Shown here: piece after piece, positions 58,310 to 64,000 of the stretch
How positions within the stretch are numbered: position 1 is the stretch's first letter
How the letters are laid out: each line of letters opens with the position of its first letter
Assembly (NCBI GenBank): GCA_041666145.1
Contig: JBAYHK010000001.1
Span: 3,810-67,809, forward strand
Length of the DNA stretch: 64,000 nucleotides
Source: Patescibacteria group bacterium
Lineage (GTDB): Bacteria; Patescibacteriota; Patescibacteriia; UBA9934
Direction: 5' to 3'
Position numbers and translations under genes: made by a program
Notes under the pieces: generated by a model
Database searches by the model: none
The model's input: the letters and a program-made list of their open reading frames with translations, nothing else
Told to the model about the DNA's origin: nothing

Positions 58310-59491
58310 ATGCAAACATTCGCCATTCTGGGCAGTCATCCAACGCTTTCTTTGGCCGAATTGGCCGTGATGACTGGGCAGAAACCAACCACAACCCATC
58401 GCGATGTCGCAATTTTCGACAGCATTGAGATGGATATTTCTCAGCTAAACGAGCGTCTTGGTGGCGTGCAGAAACTTGGCGTTATTGTTGGAAGCGTTTC
58501 GAAATGGAACCACGAAGAGTTGGCGACGTTTATTGCATCAGACCTTATCGCGAATATAGAAACTGGAAAGATTTCCTTTGGCTTAAGCGTCTACGACATG
58601 GGGAATGACTCCGCCTCTACCGAAGCGCGTCGGAATACACAAGCGCTCGGCATACAAACAAAAAAACATCTCAAAGAAGCAGAACGATCAGCGCGCTACG
58701 TTATTTCCAAGTCGCCAACGCTTTCTTCTATTGTTCTCAAAACAAATCACCTCATCGATCGTGGTGCTGAATATTGCTTTTTCATGACGCCAACAGAAAT
58801 CATTATTGGACGAACAATTGCGGTACAAGACGCAGAAGCGTGGAGCACACGAGACTTTGGCCGACCACGACGCAATGCAAAACAAGGAATGCTCCCCCCA
58901 AAACTTTCTCGCATGATGCTCAATCTTGCCGGCATTAACCTCTCACAAGCAACCGTTTTTGATCCATTCTGCGGATCTGGAACCATTCTTATGGAAGCGG
59001 CACTCCTTGGCGCAAAGTCCCTCATCGGCAGCGACATCAACGAAGAAGCGATCACGGACACAGAAGAAAATCTTGTCTGGCTAAAAGCTCAAGGCGCAAC
59101 AGTCCCGCCAACACAACTCGTCGCCGCATCTGCACAAACCGTTGCACCACAAATCGAGTTGGAATCTGTCGACCTCATCGCCACCGAAACATACCTTGGC
59201 AGGCCACGTCGTGGATCTGAAACGCGCAAAGAAGTCGAAGATGCCATTTCTTACGTTGCAAATCTTTATCACGAAGCGTTCGGCGCACTTCTTCCAACGC
59301 TAAAATCTGGCGCAACGCTCATCATCGCTGCCCCAGTCCACACATTCGAAGGCGCAGACATTGGCTTCGATGCCCGCACAATCCTTGAACCTCTTGGCTA
59401 CACCCATTCCCCTCTTCCATTCGAACCAATCATCTACCGCCACAATGACCAACTCGTCGGCCGGCGAATCTGGCGATTCATCAAAAAGTAA
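58310..59491 (+). CDS. Trm11/UPF0020-like RNA methyltransferase
   Basis: GMLPPKLSRMMLNL, FDPFCGSGTILME, GSDIN, TETYLG. Confidence 0.85.
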   Translation: MQTFAILGSHPTLSLAELAVMTGQKPTTTHRDVAIFDSIEMDISQLNERLGGVQKLGVIVGSVSKWNHEELATFIASDLIANIETGKISFGLSVYDMGNDSASTEARRNTQALGIQTKKHLKEAERSARYVISKSPTLSSIVLKTNHLIDRGAEYCFFMTPTEIIIGRTIAVQDAEAWSTRDFGRPRRNAKQGMLPPKLSRMMLNLAGINLSQATVFDPFCGSGTILMEAALLGAKSLIGSDINEEAITDTEENLVWLKAQGATVPPTQLVAASAQTVAPQIELESVDLIATETYLGRPRRGSETRKEVEDAISYVANLYHEAFGALLPTLKSGATLIIAAPVHTFEGADIGFDARTILEPLGYTHSPLPFEPIIYRHNDQLVGRRIWRFIKK

Positions 59492-59588
59492 TCCTTCAAA
59501 AACAGCGTAACCCGCTGTTTTTGCTTTATGTATTGACCGAATAGTCACTTATGTTATGGTGAAATCGGCATCAACCATAGGAGGTCAC

Positions 59589-59783
59589 ATGCCAAACGGG
59601 TACGAAATCATCAGCTACGATCCCGGAGGGATCAGCGGCGTCGGTCGAGCCACGATCGAAAACGAAGAGGGCGAAAGGTTTCATACGTTCGTCTCAGAAG
59701 GTGGGTTCTTAGATAATCGCACTCGCGACGAACGAATCGGCGACAATATCGCCGATGGCAAAATACTCTCCGACGACGACTAG
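59589..59783 (+). CDS. Small acidic hypothetical protein (64 aa)
   Basis: AGGAGG SD; TTGACC...TGTTATGGT promoter-like site at 59533. Confidence 0.6.
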   Translation: MPNGYEIISYDPGGISGVGRATIENEEGERFHTFVSEGGFLDNRTRDERIGDNIADGKILSDDD

Positions 59784-59933
59784 TCGTCAGTGCCAACGCC
59801 ATCCTACGGATCGCGTCACTACCGGCAGCCCCGCGCTTCCGGTTTTTTAATTCAAAAACGAGATTTTCCTTTACTTTTTCACGAAAAAGTGCTATTCTTT
59901 ACGCCGTAACTCGCTCCTTCACCTGAGGCAAAA

Positions 59934-60638
59934 ATGCTGAAGATCCCCGCTCATCGCCTCCTTGTCATCGTTTCAGGGCTCATCGCCCTTGTGACGATCA
60001 CCATTACCATCGTCATGAACAATGACGACTCCACCAATAACCAGATCGCACAATCGTGCGCCCTGGTCCGCTCCGTCAACGCTGCTGAATGGTCCCCGAC
60101 CACAGACATTCCGGTGAGACCAAAAATCCCATTGGAAATTCTACTGGCAGAGCCGGAAAAGACGGAGAAAGCCTCTTCGCCCAAAAAGGCTGCAGCTTCG
60201 AAACAGCCAGCAAAATCCGCTCCCAAGAAAACAGCCCAGAAAAAACGGAGCGGCAAAATCCAAGAAGTCTCTTTTTACCGGGCCCGCAAAGAAGAGACAG
60301 ACGATAAGCCCTGCAGTCCAAAAAACGACAAGATCAACATCTGCAATGAGAAGGCCAAGGGAAGAAACGTCTGCGGAACACTCCTGTATCCGCAAGGCAC
60401 AGTTCTCTACGTCGAAGGCTTGGGATTCTGCACCGTGCATGACGTAACGGACAGAAACGATCCTGTTGCGAGCAGACGCGTCGATTGGGTTCTTCCAAAA
60501 AATCTGGAAGATCAAAGCCCCGAAGAGACAGAGGGGCTAAGGATTGGCCACCCAGATCTGATGGTATACGTGATCTCGAAACCTGCGCCAAAGTCGAAAG
60601 CTAAAAAAGCGAAGGCAACAAAGAAACACAAAAAATAA
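59934..60638 (+). CDS. Membrane-anchored 3D-domain-like (lytic transglycosylase-related) protein
   Basis: N-terminal TM; VSFY...ETDDKPC...YPQGTVLYVEGLG...VHD...RVDW pattern. Confidence 0.6.
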   Translation: MLKIPAHRLLVIVSGLIALVTITITIVMNNDDSTNNQIAQSCALVRSVNAAEWSPTTDIPVRPKIPLEILLAEPEKTEKASSPKKAAASKQPAKSAPKKTAQKKRSGKIQEVSFYRARKEETDDKPCSPKNDKINICNEKAKGRNVCGTLLYPQGTVLYVEGLGFCTVHDVTDRNDPVASRRVDWVLPKNLEDQSPEETEGLRIGHPDLMVYVISKPAPKSKAKKAKATKKHKK

Positions 60639-60693
60639 CCTTCGCTATACGAAACGCCCGGAACTCTGCAGAGAGTCCCGGGCGTTTATACGT

Positions 60694-61044
60694 TTATGCC
60701 TTGCGAACTTTGAAAGCAACGAGTCCAGATGTCACCACTTCCTCCGGTCGATAGTGCGTCATGAAGTCCTGAATCCAAGCGACTTCAGACATTCCTTCTT
60801 CTGGCGCAACTTCAGACAACGGAACTTTATCGAGTAAACGTTGAATGTCGGAGAATCGTTGTTTCTCTTCCACGACCATTGGCAAACGATCTTCGAGGTC
60901 TGGTCTGCGCATGAAGACGATCTCATCACCAACATTGATCCCCTTTCGCTTTTCGTCGTTAAGTCTTACTTCCCAACACTTTAGTCCCGCTTTTAAGCGA
61001 TCGAAATCTTTTCTATCTAATCGCATTACTATCGAATTGCTCAT
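60694..61044 (-). CDS. ASCH/PUA-like domain protein
   Basis: FDRLKAGLKCWEVRLNDEKRKGINVGDEIVF. Confidence 0.85.
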   Translation of the reverse strand: MSNSIVMRLDRKDFDRLKAGLKCWEVRLNDEKRKGINVGDEIVFMRRPDLEDRLPMVVEEKQRFSDIQRLLDKVPLSEVAPEEGMSEVAWIQDFMTHYRPEEVVTSGLVAFKVRKA

Positions 61045-61052
61045 AAATAGGT

Positions 61053-62129
61053 TTAAACGTTTACTCGAAAGTGACAAATGTCACCGTCTTGCATGACATA
61101 CTCCTTTCCTTCAATCCGCAGCTTACCATTATCTCGAGCGCCAGATTCACCGTTGAACAGAACAAAGTCGTTGTATGAAATAACTTCTGCGCGAATGAAA
61201 TTCTTTTCAAAATCTGTATGAATCACGGCGGCAGCTTGCGGCGCCTTTGTGCCAACATCAATTGTCCAAGCGCGAGTTTCCATTTCTCCGGTGGTAAAGA
61301 ACGTGATCAGATTAAGCAACGAATAACATTCGCGAATGACACGATCGAGTCCAGATTCTTTTAATCCTAAATCTGTCAAAAAAGTTTTGGCATCTTCTGC
61401 TGGTAGCCCCGCAATCTCTGCTTCGATCTTTACCGAGATGGGAATCGCAAGACGCGACGGTCCAAGCGGCGACGTCCAATCCGATTTTGTTGCCTCCGAT
61501 TCATCGACGTTCACAATGTAGAAAATTGGTTTCGTGGTCATCAATGATAATGTTTTTACAAACTCCGCTTCTTCTTCCGTGAATGCAATTCCTCGCGCAA
61601 GTTCACCTCGAACTAATGCAGCCTGTAACTTTTCAAGCGCAGATGCTTGATATGCCAAGTCTGCATTCTTTCCTGCTTTCATTTTATTCTGCACGCCAGC
61701 AACCATTTTTTCAATCGTTGCCAAGTCTGCCATGGCAAGTTCGAGCTCAATCACTTCAACGTCACGAACCGGGTCAACCGTGCCGTCAACATGCACCACA
61801 TTCGGATCTGGAAACGCGCGAACAACATGAACGATCATGTTTGTTTCACGAATGTTCGCTAAAAACTTATTTCCAAGCCCTTCACCCTTGTGCGCCCCCT
61901 TTACCAAGCCCGCAATATCAACAAATTCGATGGCGGTCGGGATACGCTTTCCAGAATTCGACATCTTCATAAGCACATCGATGCGTTCATCTGGAACTTC
62001 TACAACCCCAACATTTGGTTCAATGGTACAAAAAGGAAAGTTCGCACAATCAACCTGTTTCTTTGTCAGCGCAGTAAACAGCGTAGACTTTCCAACATTT
62101 GGCAACCCAACAATTCCAACATTCAGCAT
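61053..62129 (-). CDS. ychF: Redox-regulated ATPase YchF (OBG family)
   Basis: [47 protein letters not shown]. Confidence 0.98.
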   Translation of the reverse strand: MLNVGIVGLPNVGKSTLFTALTKKQVDCANFPFCTIEPNVGVVEVPDERIDVLMKMSNSGKRIPTAIEFVDIAGLVKGAHKGEGLGNKFLANIRETNMIVHVVRAFPDPNVVHVDGTVDPVRDVEVIELELAMADLATIEKMVAGVQNKMKAGKNADLAYQASALEKLQAALVRGELARGIAFTEEEAEFVKTLSLMTTKPIFYIVNVDESEATKSDWTSPLGPSRLAIPISVKIEAEIAGLPAEDAKTFLTDLGLKESGLDRVIRECYSLLNLITFFTTGEMETRAWTIDVGTKAPQAAAVIHTDFEKNFIRAEVISYNDFVLFNGESGARDNGKLRIEGKEYVMQDGDICHFRVNV

Positions 62130-62248
62130 AAAAGACGTTTACAGCCCATTCTACATTTCGATTGACTTTTCGGCAATTTTTCGCTATATTTCTGCCTCCC
62201 CAACGGGAGGAAACGCACAAAAACATTTCACTGAAACTTGAGGCTCCA

Positions 62249-63484
62249 ATGCCCACACTCCTCACTCTCGCCCTTTCTCTCGTCATCTCTTTCGCCTTAG
62301 CCACCGAAGCTGCTCCCAAGCTCGAAACGCCAGAAAGCCACATTGTCCAAGTCCGAGAAACTACGGATCCGATCAAGACGAGCACCATCGGCTTGGTGCT
62401 CTCGTGCCAACCAGGCGGACCCAGTGAGCTTGCGAAAAGGATCAGCTATACCGAACCGAGCTTTCAAGCCGAAGGCGAGGCAATGGCCGCGGCCCTTACC
62501 GAACGATCGGACGTAAAAACGCTCGTCGTTATGAAGAATCCGACCGCAGCCGAAGCGAACGAATGGTTCAAGTCCACGGAAAAAGATCTGGACGGGAACA
62601 GACACGAACTCATGTTCTTGGCGATTTCGTGTCCCGGAATCGACGGCGACATTGACGCGGAGCGATTGCTAACTCGAGAAGTCGAAACCATCGATTCAGG
62701 CGGACTCGCATTCGCCGATCTCGTCGCTGGCGTCAACGCCATAGCCGACAGCTCTGTCTGGATTATCGATGCAAGTCGGAACCTCGGCCTCGACACGGCA
62801 ACGCTCGGCCCAACCGCCGACGACCTTGGAAAGCTCGGTGCTAAAGATGCGCTCGGAATCAGCTCCAGTGAGTCTGGAATAAACGGAAATGGTGGGCTCC
62901 TCGGCGCCACAGCCGCAGTCATCAAAGAAAGCGCTGGAAAAAGGCTCACTCTCGACGGCTTCTACTACCGTGGAATCAAACCAAGAGTTGAGCTAGAACT
63001 TTCCACATCAATGGGACGACAGGCCAACGACGCATGGAACGGGAACAAAGAGCGCCTCATCCTTCTCGGCAGCCCGCTCATGGTCACTCCGCCCATCACC
63101 ACTCCGATCGTCGTCAATGTTCCGAACGTCACCGATGCTCCAATCTCCTCCATAGGCGGGGCTCCCACGCCTGGCTCAAAAACGATCAAGCCAAGAGCGT
63201 TCAAGTTCCGACCGAGTCACGGCCTCATCGCCGGCGGCACGATTGCATTGATCGGCAGCGGCGTCTTCGCTGTCGAAGCAACCGGGCATCACGGCACACT
63301 GTCGGACTTCAACGAGTTCGGAGGCGAATCGAACTTCGAGCTCCAACAAGAAGTGAGTGCCTACCGCTCCGACCTCGGTATCGCGATCGGCCTCGGAACG
63401 ATCGGGATCATCGGAATCGGCAGCGGAGTCGCATGGACGATCATGCCGACCAGAAACGGAATCGCAGTCGGAACAACCTGGTAA
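62249..63484 (+). CDS. Exported, membrane-anchored caspase-like (peptidase C14 fold) protein with degenerate dyad
   Basis: signal peptide; NPT...MFLAISCPG and WIIDASRN align by eye to the C14 SGHG and DACR motifs; two C-terminal hydrophobic helices. Confidence 0.6.
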   Translation: MPTLLTLALSLVISFALATEAAPKLETPESHIVQVRETTDPIKTSTIGLVLSCQPGGPSELAKRISYTEPSFQAEGEAMAAALTERSDVKTLVVMKNPTAAEANEWFKSTEKDLDGNRHELMFLAISCPGIDGDIDAERLLTREVETIDSGGLAFADLVAGVNAIADSSVWIIDASRNLGLDTATLGPTADDLGKLGAKDALGISSSESGINGNGGLLGATAAVIKESAGKRLTLDGFYYRGIKPRVELELSTSMGRQANDAWNGNKERLILLGSPLMVTPPITTPIVVNVPNVTDAPISSIGGAPTPGSKTIKPRAFKFRPSHGLIAGGTIALIGSGVFAVEATGHHGTLSDFNEFGGESNFELQQEVSAYRSDLGIAIGLGTIGIIGIGSGVAWTIMPTRNGIAVGTTW

Positions 63485-63559
63485 AACACACGACGAAAAA
63501 CGGCCCTAATCTCTGCAAGGAGATCGGGGCCGTTATGCTTTTCTTTTCATCGATGAAGT

Positions 63560-64000
63560 CTATGGCGTTGTTGCGTCTGGAAGTGTAGGGACTTCTGAAC
63601 TTGGCAATGGGTCCGGAAGCACAATCGCTGCAGCTTGACCGGCACGAAGCGCGTCGATCTTTTTCTGAACCGTTTCATTCCCTGGATCAATGCTCATGAT
63701 TGTTTCAAGTTCAAGAAGCGCACCGGTAACATCATTTTCCTCCTCAAGAACTGCGGCAAGATACCAGTGCGCATTTGAAAAGTTTGGAGCAAGTGCAATA
63801 ACGCGATTCAACTCCTGTTTCGCAACATCATTTTTTCCTTGTCGAAGATAGAGAAGCGCGAGCTGAAGCCCTACTCCAACATCGCCTGGTGCACTCGAAC
63901 GAACAAGCTCCATACTTGCAACGGCCTCTGCGAGTTTGCCCTGTCGTTCTTGAACTGACGCAAGATAATAACGAGCCTCTGCGTAATCTGACTTCAAGAT
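63560..64000 (-). CDS. TPR-repeat protein, C-terminal part (5' end outside window)
   Basis: YAEARYYLASV..., LALLYLRQG...A...L...PNFSNAHWYLA repeats. Confidence 0.85.
   Translation of the reverse strand: MLKSDYAEARYYLASVQERQGKLAEAVASMELVRSSAPGDVGVGLQLALLYLRQGKNDVAKQELNRVIALAPNFSNAHWYLAAVLEEENDVTGALLELETIMSIDPGNETVQKKIDALRAGQAAAIVLPDPLPSSEVPTLPDATTP

Overview
Chromosomal window of a Patescibacteria (CPR) bacterium. The placement rests on 16S signatures and the reduced gene clusters; Parcubacteria/ABY1-like is an inference. The genetic code is standard (TGA used as stop). The minus strand carries mostly housekeeping genes: clpP, sufBDSUC, rnhB, a stand-alone 16S rRNA, rpsP-khpA-trmD, smc, a split PEP-synthase-like cluster, cca, ruvC, rpoBC, recA, ftsK, efp-epmA, rpsF-ssb-rpsR and ychF. 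Four tRNAs (Pro, Ile, Phe, Gly) are on the plus strand. The most unusual element is a 7.2-kb tandem array (17.17-24.39 kb) of eight gene cassettes. Each has a conserved structured ~65-nt leader with an invariant 16-nt core (CAGGGCAACGGCAGCA), a strongly diverged paralogous ORF of unknown function, and a 3' hairpin (same sequence family in 7 of 8); 6 of 8 also have their own sigma70 promoter. The non-coding parts are near-identical while the proteins are divergent. The window also holds several small repeat families. One is a palindrome inserted in-frame into six protein genes. Another is a ~120-bp covarying hairpin placed directly behind two RNA-like genes. A third is a set of 9-bp tandem units that form the start/stop codons of suf genes. 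All calls were made by eye; no searches were run.
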